A DNA stretch of 64,000 nt from Minisyncoccota bacterium (GTDB lineage Bacteria; Patescibacteriota; Minisyncoccia; Phycocordibacterales; Zambryskibacteraceae): the NCBI GenBank assembly GCA_036517475.1, contig DATDVZ010000010.1, positions 15,338 to 79,337 of the forward strand, read 5' to 3'. The notes beneath the pieces are model-generated. The model was given only the letters and a program-made list of their open reading frames with translations. It was not told the DNA's origin and made no database searches. A program made the position numbers and the translations under genes. Shown in pieces: positions 8,687 through 18,058 of the stretch (its first letter is position 1; each line of letters opens with the position of its first letter).

Positions 8687-8992
8687 ATGGACCCAAATAA
8701 TCAAAATACTAACCAGACCCAAGAAAATCCGAAATCAATTGGACCGGCAATTGGAATAATTATCATTATTGCAATTATAGTTCTAGGGGGATTATATTTC
8801 TGGAATCAAAGGCAGAAACAAAATATAAACCCACAAACTCCCGCCAGTGAAGACGAGGTTACAAATCAGTTACAAGCCCAGAGTTCTTCCGATGAACTTG
8901 ATTCGATAGACGCCGATGCTAAGGCAACAAATTTCAACTCTATTGGAGGAGAAGTGGATTCGGCTGAGAGGGCGGCTGCAGAAGATCAATAG
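8687..8992 (+). CDS. Small single-pass membrane protein
   Basis: GPAIGIIIIIAIIVLGGLYFW TM segment and acidic tail. Confidence 0.75.
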   Translation: MDPNNQNTNQTQENPKSIGPAIGIIIIIAIIVLGGLYFWNQRQKQNINPQTPASEDEVTNQLQAQSSSDELDSIDADAKATNFNSIGGEVDSAERAAAEDQ

Positions 8993-9038
8993 TGTGAACT
9001 TTTTAGATGTTCATCTTGAACGATTCGAAAAAAATCCA

Positions 9039-9416
9039 TCAGAGATAAGTTAAAATACTAAAAAGGGTTATCATTGCTGAGGTAATATGCCAAAAACTAT
9101 GCCACAGTAAAAAGTCTTTATTTTGCAGGTAAAAATATTGATAAAGTGCAGTAAATACAAGAACTACTACGAATAAAAAATAAGGGAAAGAGAAATTTCC
9201 CAAATAACAAATATAAAAATTAGAAGCTATTAAAACCCACGCAAAAAAATTATCGTAAAAATAATATCTTTTTTGATCATGATAATGATATAAGAAAGAA
9301 AAAATTGTTACTCCAAGTAATGTTATCGCTGTGATCCAAATTTTATTGTAAAAAGCTACAAATAATGGGATTAGGAAAGCCAAAATACTTGCTTGTAAAA
9401 AACGTTTTGAATTCAT
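9039..9416 (-). CDS. Multi-pass membrane protein (His-rich, possibly CREST-like)
   Basis: About 5 TM segments; SFLYH...D...WHSFWH pattern. Confidence 0.6.
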   Translation of the reverse strand: MNSKRFLQASILAFLIPLFVAFYNKIWITAITLLGVTIFSFLYHYHDQKRYYFYDNFFAWVLIASNFYICYLGNFSFPYFLFVVVLVFTALYQYFYLQNKDFLLWHSFWHITSAMITLFSILTYL

Positions 9417-9419
9417 TTT

Positions 9420-10115
9420 TTACTGCAGTAATATTAAACTAGACACTGCAATTGCTGCAGTTTCTGATTTTAAAACCACATTTCCAAGCGAATAAATCTT
9501 CACTGAATTTTTATTGAAAAGAAATAGTTCCTTTTCGCTCCAGCCTCCTTCAGGACCAATAAAAACTCCTATTGGTGAGAGGTTATGGATATGTTCAATC
9601 CTGAACTCTTCCCCCTTTGTATGAAAAGCAAAACAAGGAAATTCATGGCTCAACGAATGCTCAAAGTGTTTTATTTCCGTGATCTCCGGAATCAGCGCCT
9701 TTTCTGATTGCTCAGCAGCTTCTTTGAGAATTACGCGAGCTCTGTCAAAATTAATTTCTTTTTTTTCGCTTCGATCAGAAATGATGGGAAAAAATTTTGA
9801 AACACCCAGTTCTGTCCCCTTTTCAATAATCCACTCAAATTTGTCTTTCTTTGTAAGAGAACAGAACAGATAAAGCTCGCGGTTAGGAATATTTTTACTT
9901 TCCTTGCGTGAAACTATTGAAAACATCAGATCACCCCTCTCAAAACTTGAGATCAAAGCGTGATATTCATAACCTGTATTATCTAGGAGTATAACCTGCC
10001 CACCTATATTGAATCTGAAAACGTTTCTCAACTGATTGTATAAAGAAGAATCACGAACAACAATCTCCTTTTTCTTGTCAATTTCTTTTGAAACAAAAAA
10101 ACGATGAAGTCTCAT
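9420..10115 (-). CDS. rsmE: 16S rRNA m3U1498 methyltransferase
   Basis: KGTELGV, EAAEQS, IGPEGGWS, LG..VL.SETAA. Confidence 0.93.
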   Translation of the reverse strand: MRLHRFFVSKEIDKKKEIVVRDSSLYNQLRNVFRFNIGGQVILLDNTGYEYHALISSFERGDLMFSIVSRKESKNIPNRELYLFCSLTKKDKFEWIIEKGTELGVSKFFPIISDRSEKKEINFDRARVILKEAAEQSEKALIPEITEIKHFEHSLSHEFPCFAFHTKGEEFRIEHIHNLSPIGVFIGPEGGWSEKELFLFNKNSVKIYSLGNVVLKSETAAIAVSSLILLQ

Positions 10116-10353
10116 ACATTAGCAATTTAGCTATTAGGCATTAGGCTTTAGAATAATATAATTGTTCTGAGAAACAAAATTTTACTTTTAAATATGTTTT
10201 GTGTATTCTTTGTATTGCTAAAAGCTAACAGTTAAAAACTACTTATATGTTAATACCTACGGTTACCCCAGTACTGAGCAAAGCTCGCTACGGGGCAAGA
10301 AGTTAAGACCGAGTGCATGATAATATAATTACCTGAAATTTAAATATTAAAAT

Positions 10354-10941
10354 ATGTTAATACCTACAGTAATAGAAAAATCCCAGTTCGGAGAGCGAGC
10401 ATATGATATTTACTCGCGTCTACTTAAAGATCGTATTATGTTCTTGGGCGGGTCAATAGATGACGATGTTGCAAATATTGTAATTGCTCAGCTTCTTTTC
10501 CTTGAGAATGAAGACTCTAAAAAAGATATCCATCTCTATATACATTCGCCCGGGGGTAATGTCTATTCTGGCTTAGCTATTTACGATACGATGCAGCATA
10601 TAAAACCCAGTATTGCCACATACTGCATTGGCATCGCTGCTTCGATGGCATCTATTTTGCTTTCTGCCGGCGCAAAAGGGAAAAGATTTGTTCTGCCAAA
10701 TGCTGAGGTTATGATTCACCAACCCCTCGGTGGTGCTGAAGGCCAAGCTTCTGACATAGAAATTTCCGCTCGTCAAATTCTTAAGGCAAAAGCCAGAATT
10801 AATGAAATACTAGCTAAAAATACTGGCCAACCAATATCAAAAATTGAAAAAGATGCTGATAGAGATTTCTTTTTAACTGCTGAAGAGGCAGTCAAATACG
10901 GCATTGTTGATAAGATTCTCAAGCCAAAAAACGGCCACTAA
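10354..10941 (+). CDS. clpP: ATP-dependent Clp protease proteolytic subunit
   Basis: [30 protein letters not shown]. Confidence 0.97.
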   Translation: MLIPTVIEKSQFGERAYDIYSRLLKDRIMFLGGSIDDDVANIVIAQLLFLENEDSKKDIHLYIHSPGGNVYSGLAIYDTMQHIKPSIATYCIGIAASMASILLSAGAKGKRFVLPNAEVMIHQPLGGAEGQASDIEISARQILKAKARINEILAKNTGQPISKIEKDADRDFFLTAEEAVKYGIVDKILKPKNGH

Positions 10942-11153
10942 ACCAAAATTGATACCCCTTTTCTTGACTGATAGACCATTTTTTTGTAGATTATACTTGT
11001 TAATCTTTAAAAAATTTAATTTTTACATTGTCCAGATTTTCCTTAATTTTCTGAAATTCTCTTTCCAAAACCGCATTATACATTATGAGTATTCAAGCCG
11101 TTTGACTAACTTAGTGTGATTTGATTTAAGAAATCTCTGGGCAATTATTGCCT

Positions 11154-12683
11154 ATGTCATTAAAAATAGTTCTGTTACTGCTAACCATTGCAGCATCTGC
11201 CGGTATTGCTTTCGGTTATTTTTTACGCTGGATAATATCTCTGGGTCAGAAGGGCTCAGTTGAATTGGATATTAAGGAGAAACTGCTTAATACGGAAGAG
11301 CAGGCAAAAAAAATCACTAACGAAGCGGAAAATAAAGCCGAGCAAATTATCAATGAAGCCAGAATAGAAATAAAAGAGCGAGAAGAAAAAATAAAAAAAA
11401 GCGAGGATCGTATTATTAAGAAAGAAGACTTTCTCGATAAGCGACAACTTGATATTGATAAAGAAATTGAGGCCGTCAAGGAAAAAATCTCTGAGGTGCG
11501 TGGCCTCAAGGAAAAAACTGAAGAGCTTCTCAATGAACGTCTTGAGGCCCTGCAAAAAATTTCAAAGCTATCAAAAGAAGAAGCCAAATCAGAACTCCTT
11601 AAAGAAATAGAGAAGGAGGCCGAGGAGGACGCCCTCTCAAGAGTCAGAAAGTTTGAAATGCACGCTTCTGAAATAATGGAGGAAAAAGCAAAGGAAATTC
11701 TTGCTTCCTCTATTCAACGACTTGCTTCGTCAGTTCCTTCTGAAATTATGGCTACAGCCGTTTCAATTCCTTCTGAGGAGGTAAAAGGTAAAATTATAGG
11801 TAAAGAAGGGCGTAATATAAAAGCCTTTGAAAGATCTACGGGAGTTGAAATAATAATTGACGACACTCCGGGATCAATCACACTCTCTTCCTTTGACCCA
11901 GTCAGACGCCAGATTGCGAGAGTAGCTTTGGAAAATCTAATCTTGGATGGCAGAATTCAGCCAGCAAAAATTGAAGAAGCTGTAGAAAAAGCAAAACAGG
12001 ATGTTAATAAAATTATCAAAGAAAAAGGCGAGCAGGCAGTATATGAATGCGGTGTTTATAATCTTGATCCAAGGGTTATTTCAATTCTCGGAAGATTATA
12101 TTTTCGTACAAGTTATGGACAGAATGTTCTTCAACATTCAATTGAGATGGCGCACATTGCAAGAATGCTTGCTGAAGAACTCGGTGCTGATGTTGCAGTG
12201 GCAAAAGCTGGAGCCCTGCTTCATGATATAGGCAAAGCCGTAGATCATGAAGTGGTTGGAACACATGTTGAAATTGGTAGAAGAATACTTCAGAAATTCG
12301 GAGTCAGTAATGAAATTATCAAGGCAATGCAGTCTCATCACGGTGAATATCCTTACGAAACAGTTGAATCAATAATTGTTCAGACAGCAGATGCTATTTC
12401 CGGCGGAAGGCCCGGCGCAAGACGCGATACTGTAGAAAATTATCTAAAACGATTGAAAGAACTTGAGGCAATTGCAGCCAGCTTTAGCGGTGTTGAGAAA
12501 TCATATGCAATAGCAGCAGGAAGAGAAATAAGAGTTTTTGTAACACCGGGCGAAATTTCAGATTTTGAAGCTCAAAAACTTGCAAGAAGTATTGCAAATA
12601 AAATAGAAAATGAACTCAAATATCCTGGAGAGATAAAAATAACAGTCATCCGGGAAAACAGGATTGTGGAATTTGCCCGCTAA
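11154..12683 (+). CDS. rny: Ribonuclease Y
   Basis: N-terminal TM, coiled coil, KH domain (KGKIIGKEGRNIK), HD domain (LLHDIGK). Confidence 0.96.
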   Translation: MSLKIVLLLLTIAASAGIAFGYFLRWIISLGQKGSVELDIKEKLLNTEEQAKKITNEAENKAEQIINEARIEIKEREEKIKKSEDRIIKKEDFLDKRQLDIDKEIEAVKEKISEVRGLKEKTEELLNERLEALQKISKLSKEEAKSELLKEIEKEAEEDALSRVRKFEMHASEIMEEKAKEILASSIQRLASSVPSEIMATAVSIPSEEVKGKIIGKEGRNIKAFERSTGVEIIIDDTPGSITLSSFDPVRRQIARVALENLILDGRIQPAKIEEAVEKAKQDVNKIIKEKGEQAVYECGVYNLDPRVISILGRLYFRTSYGQNVLQHSIEMAHIARMLAEELGADVAVAKAGALLHDIGKAVDHEVVGTHVEIGRRILQKFGVSNEIIKAMQSHHGEYPYETVESIIVQTADAISGGRPGARRDTVENYLKRLKELEAIAASFSGVEKSYAIAAGREIRVFVTPGEISDFEAQKLARSIANKIENELKYPGEIKITVIRENRIVEFAR

Positions 12684-12898
12684 ATCAGATGTATCTTCTG
12701 TTTTAACTGATTATAGCTTTATTTTAAGCCATATTTTTTTATAATGGAAAAAATACCTTTATTTTTCAATAGATTTTACTTGCCACTAAAATAGCTTGAT
12801 ATATAATGGCTCTACGACTAGAGATAAGGTTGGCAGCATATTATTCCTTAGTCTCGACGGTCGAGGATATTAACAGAAATAAATTTTCAATATAGAAA

Positions 12899-13171
12899 AT
12901 GAATAAAGCAGCATTAATTGAGGCGGTTCACGCTAAACTTGGAGGAACTAAAGTCCAAGCAGAACAAGCAGTTGAAACAATGATTGATACAATCGTTGAC
13001 ACTCTTAAAAAAGGCGGCGAAATGTCAATTGCTGGTCTTGGAATTTTCTCAACTAAGACTCGCGCAGCCAGACAAGCTCGCAATCCCCGAACCGGCGAAA
13101 CTATTCAAGTTTCAGCTATGAGAGTTCCTAAATTCCGCGCCGCAAAAGCTCTCAAGGACGCAGTAAAATAA
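12899..13171 (+). CDS. hup: DNA-binding protein HU
   Basis: MNKAALI...GLGIF...ARQARNPRTGE.I...PKFRAAKALKDAV. Confidence 0.95.
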   Translation: MNKAALIEAVHAKLGGTKVQAEQAVETMIDTIVDTLKKGGEMSIAGLGIFSTKTRAARQARNPRTGETIQVSAMRVPKFRAAKALKDAVK

Positions 13172-13183
13172 TTTTTAAGATTT

Positions 13184-13221
13184 CATACAAAAAAAACGCG
13201 ATCTAACGCGTTTTTTTGTAT
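13184..13221. terminator. Bidirectional intrinsic terminator
   Basis: CATACAAAAAAAACGCG-atctaa-CGCGTTTTTTTGTATG between convergent genes. Confidence 0.8.
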
Positions 13222-13235
13222 GTAAAATCCCGCAA

Positions 13236-13631
13236 CTAAGTTACGGGATTGTCCTCTACCTCCAGTGGATCTCGAACGAAGGCCTCCGCTCCGAACCACT
13301 CGCCAGAACTTCTTTGAGAAAATCCGGTTTCCTCTGATTCCTCTCTAATAAGACCGGACTTGATCATAACCCTTCGGATTCTCATCTGTTTTTCATTCCG
13401 ACAGATATGAATGTACTCTTGCAAGAGCCAAACAAAAAATGGGTTGATTCTTTTAATTCCTTCCCTCTCCTGAATCTCCATTTGTTTAGCAAATGGAGTC
13501 CCCTCTCCAGTAAGACCAACCTCATATACATCAATTCTATCAAGAAGATTTTTATACCAGAGATGAAATTTTGGAATTCTGATTTGCAATTTACCGAATA
13601 CCAGCAAGATCAGATTCCTTAACAAATTCAT
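13236..13631 (-). CDS. Hypothetical protein
   Basis: 131-aa ORF with GGAGG SD; no recognisable motif. Confidence 0.55.
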   Translation of the reverse strand: MNLLRNLILLVFGKLQIRIPKFHLWYKNLLDRIDVYEVGLTGEGTPFAKQMEIQEREGIKRINPFFVWLLQEYIHICRNEKQMRIRRVMIKSGLIREESEETGFSQRSSGEWFGAEAFVRDPLEVEDNPVT

Positions 13632-13805
13632 ATCCCACCTCCAGAGCTAGAGAGTTTGTTAGAAAAGCGCATCTGAGTAATAAACTAATATGGATAACAA
13701 ATTAATGCAATATTCCATTCAAATTTAAGAAAATTTATTTGCGTCAGTGCGACGCGCTTTGCGCCTTCCACCTTCTGGCTTTGAAAAAGCCGTTGAGTTC
13801 TGTAT

Positions 13806-13879
13806 TGGTGCGGCCAGCGAGAATCGAACTCGCGTCCCGTCCTTGGCAAGGACGTATTCTGCCACTAAACCATGGCCGC
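13806..13879 (-). tRNA. tRNA-Gly(GCC), CCA encoded
   Basis: Cloverleaf; anticodon arm CGTCC-TTGCCAA-GGACG; GTTCGATTC T-loop. Confidence 0.95.
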
Positions 13880-13926
13880 ATAAAAAAGAATTTTAAAATC
13901 CTATCAAATTAATAGAAATCAAACAA

Positions 13927-14484
13927 TTATTTGGCACCTAAGAAATTTATTATCTTTAATGCACATTTTTGTGGAGATAGGTGCGTATTGTTAATAATAA
14001 TTGGCGGATAAGATTTTAATCCTTGAAAAATTTTCGCTTTCAATTTTTCTTTAAACTTTTTGATTGTATTAGTTTTTGTTTTTTCTTTTCTTGAAGGCAT
14101 TAGAATTCTATTTTTATGCTCCTGCCAATCACACTCTATCCTGAAGAAAAAAATTTCGGCGTTCATTTTTTTTGCTAATTGTACAGATTTTTTCGCAATC
14201 TGCGTTGTTGGATGAAGTCTTATACTCAAAGTACAAATAATACCCCCTACTCCTGACTTAAGAAGCATTTTGAGTATTGCTAGATGCATTTTTCCATTTA
14301 GTAGGTGTGCATTTGGGGTTCCTTGGGGTATGAAATGACAGATCTCTCTGTAAGTAAGATGGTTATCCAACAATGCATATCCAGTCAACTTGCTGATAGC
14401 AAGACCGATCGTAGTTTTACCCACTCCAGGCAAACCAATCAAATAAATTACTCTTTTTCTTCTCATTTTATTGCTTAATGCCAA
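13927..14484 (-). CDS. P-loop NTPase, nucleoside/shikimate kinase-like
   Basis: YLIGLPGVGKTT Walker A, LLDNHL, INNTHLSP; start may be ATG 14466. Confidence 0.75.
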   Translation of the reverse strand: MALSNKMRRKRVIYLIGLPGVGKTTIGLAISKLTGYALLDNHLTYREICHFIPQGTPNAHLLNGKMHLAILKMLLKSGVGGIICTLSIRLHPTTQIAKKSVQLAKKMNAEIFFFRIECDWQEHKNRILMPSRKEKTKTNTIKKFKEKLKAKIFQGLKSYPPIIINNTHLSPQKCALKIINFLGAK

Positions 14485-14543
14485 TATTTACTCAGGCAAT
14501 CCCAACCAAAGGATAATCAATTATATTTTAACCCTAATTATAT

Positions 14544-14614
14544 TCGGGCTGCCGGGAATTGAACCCGGGCCTTACCCACCCCATGGGCAAATACTACCGT
14601 TATACTACAGCCCG
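14544..14614 (-). tRNA. tRNA-Pro(GGG)
   Basis: CGGGCTG acceptor stem; anticodon arm TGCCC-ATGGGGT-GGGTA; no encoded CCA. Confidence 0.92.
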
Positions 14615-14617
14615 TTA

Positions 14618-15130
14618 TTATTCAAAAAAACCCTTCTCTTTGTACTCCTTTACCAATGCATCCGCAGTTTCTTTTTCAAGGTCTATGGGAATCTGGCTTG
14701 CCCACTCTTCAGCCTCTTCCAATTTATCATTTATCAAAAGATATAGAAGTTTTGTGATGGTATTTGGGTGATTCTCAGACTGGTACTCGAGTGCTTTTGC
14801 AGCATGAAACTGTGCTTTTTCTTTATCTTTATATCTCCATGTCGCACAGCTAATTGCATGATGATGCCAAAACCAGAGAATTTCTTGCCAATATTCTTTT
14901 TCTTCTTCCGTAAGAGTTGCTGAATCAACAGCTTCTAAAATTTCTTTTACTTTATTTACTACTAGATTAGGATTGTTATAATCCCAGGAACCATCCTTCA
15001 TGAGTTTCTGATCTTCTTCGCTGTATCTATGCGACAACCCAAGAGGTGTTTTTGCCGCCAGCAGAACATAAGCTGCCCTTAGTGGGCTTCTCTCTATTTC
15101 AAATACTTCATTACCGGTGGAACCTTCCAT
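14618..15130 (-). CDS. Hypothetical alpha-helical protein between tRNA-Pro genes
   Basis: 170-aa ORF; WQEILWFWHHHAISCA motif; TAA-TAA stops. Confidence 0.7.
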   Translation of the reverse strand: MEGSTGNEVFEIERSPLRAAYVLLAAKTPLGLSHRYSEEDQKLMKDGSWDYNNPNLVVNKVKEILEAVDSATLTEEEKEYWQEILWFWHHHAISCATWRYKDKEKAQFHAAKALEYQSENHPNTITKLLYLLINDKLEEAEEWASQIPIDLEKETADALVKEYKEKGFFE

Positions 15131-15132
15131 TG

Positions 15133-15203
15133 TCGGGGCGCCGAGAATCGAACTCGGCCCTCATGCTCCCAAAGCATGCATACTACCGATATACTACGCC
15201 CCG
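15133..15203 (-). tRNA. tRNA-Pro(TGG)
   Basis: Anticodon arm CATGC-TTTGGGA-GCATG. Confidence 0.94.
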
Positions 15204-15252
15204 AATTTCGGATTAATTTACACTGGTCGGCACCTCACTGGTATTCATTCGT

Positions 15253-15323
15253 TCGGGGTGCCGGGAATTGAACCCGATTCTCACGAACCCGAATCGTGTA
15301 TACTACCGGTGTACTACACCCCG
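15253..15323 (-). tRNA. tRNA-Pro(CGG)
   Basis: Anticodon arm CACGA-TTCGGGT-TCGTG. Confidence 0.94.
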
Positions 15324-15370
15324 AAAATAACTTTCAAATCCTATCATAGAGACAGAAGAGCAGCGAATTT

Positions 15371-15754
15371 TTACAAAACAATATTTTCCATGTACTTCAC
15401 CTTAACTTTTTTATTCCCCTCATCAATCACCACTACCGCTACATCAAATTGCCAGTCAACCTCTAAATCTTTTTCAAGTAAATAAGTCTGAATTGTTCTT
15501 GATAACCTTTTCATTTTCCAGGGGTGAATGTTATCCTCCGGATTCCAAGAATCTAATGTTTCACGTGAAAACTCAGAAAAACTGACTGTTTTTACCTCAA
15601 CAAAATGAATTTTCCCGTCAATTTCTGCAATTATGTCAATTTCGCCCCATTTTCTTAGATAATTTCTTTCAATAATATTAGATTTTCTACTCTCAAGAAA
15701 TTTACAGGTAATTTCCTCACCAATATCACCAAATCTTCTTCTCTCGCTTTTCAT
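15371..15754 (-). CDS. yraN: YraN family PD-(D/E)xK nuclease
   Basis: G..GE...FL, ERNY..KWGEIDII, HFVEVK, QFDV. Confidence 0.9.
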   Translation of the reverse strand: MKSERRRFGDIGEEITCKFLESRKSNIIERNYLRKWGEIDIIAEIDGKIHFVEVKTVSFSEFSRETLDSWNPEDNIHPWKMKRLSRTIQTYLLEKDLEVDWQFDVAVVVIDEGNKKVKVKYMENIVL

Positions 15755-15970
15755 AATTTAATTGATTTCACGTGAAACTAAAATATTAGTTACTAAGTAA
15801 CTTATTCAAAAATGTTACTTAGAAACACAATTAACTGATCTGTAATTAAATTCCTAATTAAAGGACGTCCTTTATACACATATCCACAGTTTTATCCCCA
15901 ATTCTTTGTCCTTTATATTTTAAATACAACCATACATATTTAAAGAATTGGGATTAAAATAAAGGACATT

Positions 15971-16041
15971 TGCGGGATGGGAGAATCGAACTCCCGACCA
16001 CAGTTTGGAAAACTGTTGTTTTGCCACTAAACTAATCCCGC
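15971..16041 (-). tRNA. tRNA-Gly(TCC)
   Basis: Anticodon arm ACAGT-TTTCCAA-ACTGT. Confidence 0.94.
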
Positions 16042-16043
16042 AT

Positions 16044-16115
16044 CGCACCCGTCAGGAATCGAACCCGAAATACGAAGTCCGAAGCTTCGCGTGATATCCG
16101 TTTCACTACGGGTGC
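16044..16115 (-). tRNA. tRNA-Arg(TCG)
   Basis: Anticodon arm CGAAG-CTTCGGA-CTTCG. Confidence 0.92.
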
Positions 16116-16194
16116 ACAGCTATATCATAACTTCAATTCTCCTAAATTTAAGGCTTAATATTAAACTAAAAGAATAAATGATACAATCATTCTT

Positions 16195-17667
16195 ATGTCA
16201 AATTCTACCTTTGAAATACCCCCCGAAGTTTCACGTATAACCAAAAAATTAGAGGAAAATGGTTTTGAAGCTTATTTAATAGGTGGATGTGTACGTGACT
16301 TATTTCTTGGTAAAAAACCAAAAGATTGGGATATAACAACTAATGCTAAACCTGATGATATAGTTTCACTCTTTGAAAACACATTTTACGAAAACGAATT
16401 TGGCACAGTGGGGGTGGTAAACGAGACTGATGACCAAACTCTTAAGGTTATTGAGGTTACACCTTACAGAACAGAGGGTAAGTACACGGACAGAAGAAGG
16501 CCTGATAATGTTTCATTTGATGCCACTTTAGAGGATGACCTGAAAAGACGTGATTTTACCATTAATGCTATTGCATTAAATAGTGAGAAAAACATCGTTG
16601 TTGACCCTTTTTTGGGCAGAAAAGATATTCAGGATGGTCTAATCCGGACAGTTGGTAATCCAAATGACAGATTTGAGGAAGATGGATTAAGGCTTATTAG
16701 GGCAATAAGAATTTATTCAGAGTTAGGTTTTTATGTTGAAAAGGAAACTCTTAATGCAATAGAGGGTACGTCTTATCTGCTTAAAAATATTGCTAAGGAA
16801 AGAATCCGTGATGAATTTATAAAAATTATTGAATCCCCGAACCCAATGAATGGCCTAATACTTGCTCAAAAAACCGGTGTTCTAAAGTATATTATTCCTG
16901 AACTCCAGGATGCGGTCGGGATTGAGCAAAATAAAGCACATGCCTACGATGTCTGGACCCATTTGCAAAAAACACTACAGCATTCAGCAGATAAGAAATT
17001 ACCCCTTCATGTCCGTCTGGCAGCTTTGTTTCATGATATTTCCAAACCGGCTGCCCGCCGAAGATCAGAAAATGGCGAAGATTGGACATTTTATGGTCAC
17101 GATGTACTGGGCGCCAAGATTACAGAGAAAATACTTGAAGACCTAAAGTTCCCAAGGGACACAATTAATAAGGTAGCTAAACTGGTACGCTGGCATATGT
17201 TCTTTTCAGACACTGAAAAAATAACCCTTTCTGCCGTCAGACGCCTAGTTGCTAATGTCGGAGAACAAAATGTATGGGATTTAATGGATTTAAGAGCCTG
17301 CGACAGGGTGGGGACAGGCAGACCCAAGGAACATCCCTACCGCTTGCGCAAGTATAAAGCTATGGTGGAAGAGGTGATGCGTGATCCTGTAACAGTCGGG
17401 ATGTTGAAAATTAATGGAGATAAAATTATGAAAATTACCAGTCTGCCAGCTGGTCCAAAAATTGGGTTTATACTTCACGCCCTACTTGAAGAAGTTCTTG
17501 AAAAACCAGATCTAAATACAGAGGAGGAATTGATAAAAATAACTAAGAAATTAGGCCTACTTTCTGATGATGAATTAAAAAAAATAGGAGAAGCGGGAAA
17601 AAGAAAAAGAGAAGAAGAGGAAGAAAAGGTTATCAAAGAAATTAGGGGTAAATACTGGGTCAAGTAA
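16195..17667 (+). CDS. cca: CCA tRNA nucleotidyltransferase with HD domain
   Basis: GGCVRD...DWDITT, DLKRRDFTINA, RFEEDGLR..RA.R, FHDISK. Confidence 0.93.
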   Translation: MSNSTFEIPPEVSRITKKLEENGFEAYLIGGCVRDLFLGKKPKDWDITTNAKPDDIVSLFENTFYENEFGTVGVVNETDDQTLKVIEVTPYRTEGKYTDRRRPDNVSFDATLEDDLKRRDFTINAIALNSEKNIVVDPFLGRKDIQDGLIRTVGNPNDRFEEDGLRLIRAIRIYSELGFYVEKETLNAIEGTSYLLKNIAKERIRDEFIKIIESPNPMNGLILAQKTGVLKYIIPELQDAVGIEQNKAHAYDVWTHLQKTLQHSADKKLPLHVRLAALFHDISKPAARRRSENGEDWTFYGHDVLGAKITEKILEDLKFPRDTINKVAKLVRWHMFFSDTEKITLSAVRRLVANVGEQNVWDLMDLRACDRVGTGRPKEHPYRLRKYKAMVEEVMRDPVTVGMLKINGDKIMKITSLPAGPKIGFILHALLEEVLEKPDLNTEEELIKITKKLGLLSDDELKKIGEAGKRKREEEEEKVIKEIRGKYWVK

Positions 17668-17767
17668 ATTTAAATCAAAATGTAAATATTAAATTGTAAA
17701 ACTCTGGAATCCCGCGAGGCGGGATACAATAATTTTGATTTTTAAATTTTAATTTTTTATCTACAAT

Positions 17768-17968
17768 AAAAAACCGCACTGCGTTGCGGAGCAGAGCGGC
17801 TTCTAGAAAGTACTCATCAGCCAAATTCAAGGGAAACATCAATCGTTCGCAAAAAATAGGTGGGGAACGTGACGATCCTCCCAAGAAAACACCAATGAAC
17901 CTTCCTTAGGTTATAACCATAAAGATCAATGCCCCGGCTTCACTCTTATAAGTTCCGCCGAAACGTCC
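17768..17968 (-). ncRNA. Candidate 6S-like structured RNA (~200 nt)
   Basis: TGT-TATAAT extended -10 at 17975-17983; long-range pairing GGGGCAUUGAUC/GAUUGAUGUUUC; terminator CCGCTCTGC...GCAGTGCGG-TTTTTT. Confidence 0.5.
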
Positions 17969-18058
17969 GATATGATTATAACACGTGTCAAGGACAAAAA
18001 TCAGTAGCTGTGGAAAACTTTGTCCTTTAATTAAATATTGAAATATTAAAAAAACCCA

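Larger units (their letters stand above)
15557..16242. promoter_or_regulatory. Cluster of parS-like sites
   Basis: TGTTTCACGTGAAAAC 15557-15572, GATTTCACGTGAAACT 15764-15779, AGTTTCACGTATAACC 16227-16242, compared with consensus TGTTTCACGTGAAACA. Confidence 0.7.

Noticed and set aside
14471-15485. Plus-strand ORFs 14471-14746, 14559-14771 and 15117-15485
   Set aside because: They are antisense translations of tRNA genes and neighbouring CDSs.
17675-17884. 69-aa minus-strand ORF
   Set aside because: TTG start, no SD, and it runs through a terminator; the region is better explained as ncRNA plus a repeat.
17795-17970. Hammerhead ribozyme (CTGATGA motif)
   Set aside because: CTGATGA is on the minus strand with no stem II followed by GAAA; the GAAAC-GTC-like motif is on the opposite strand.
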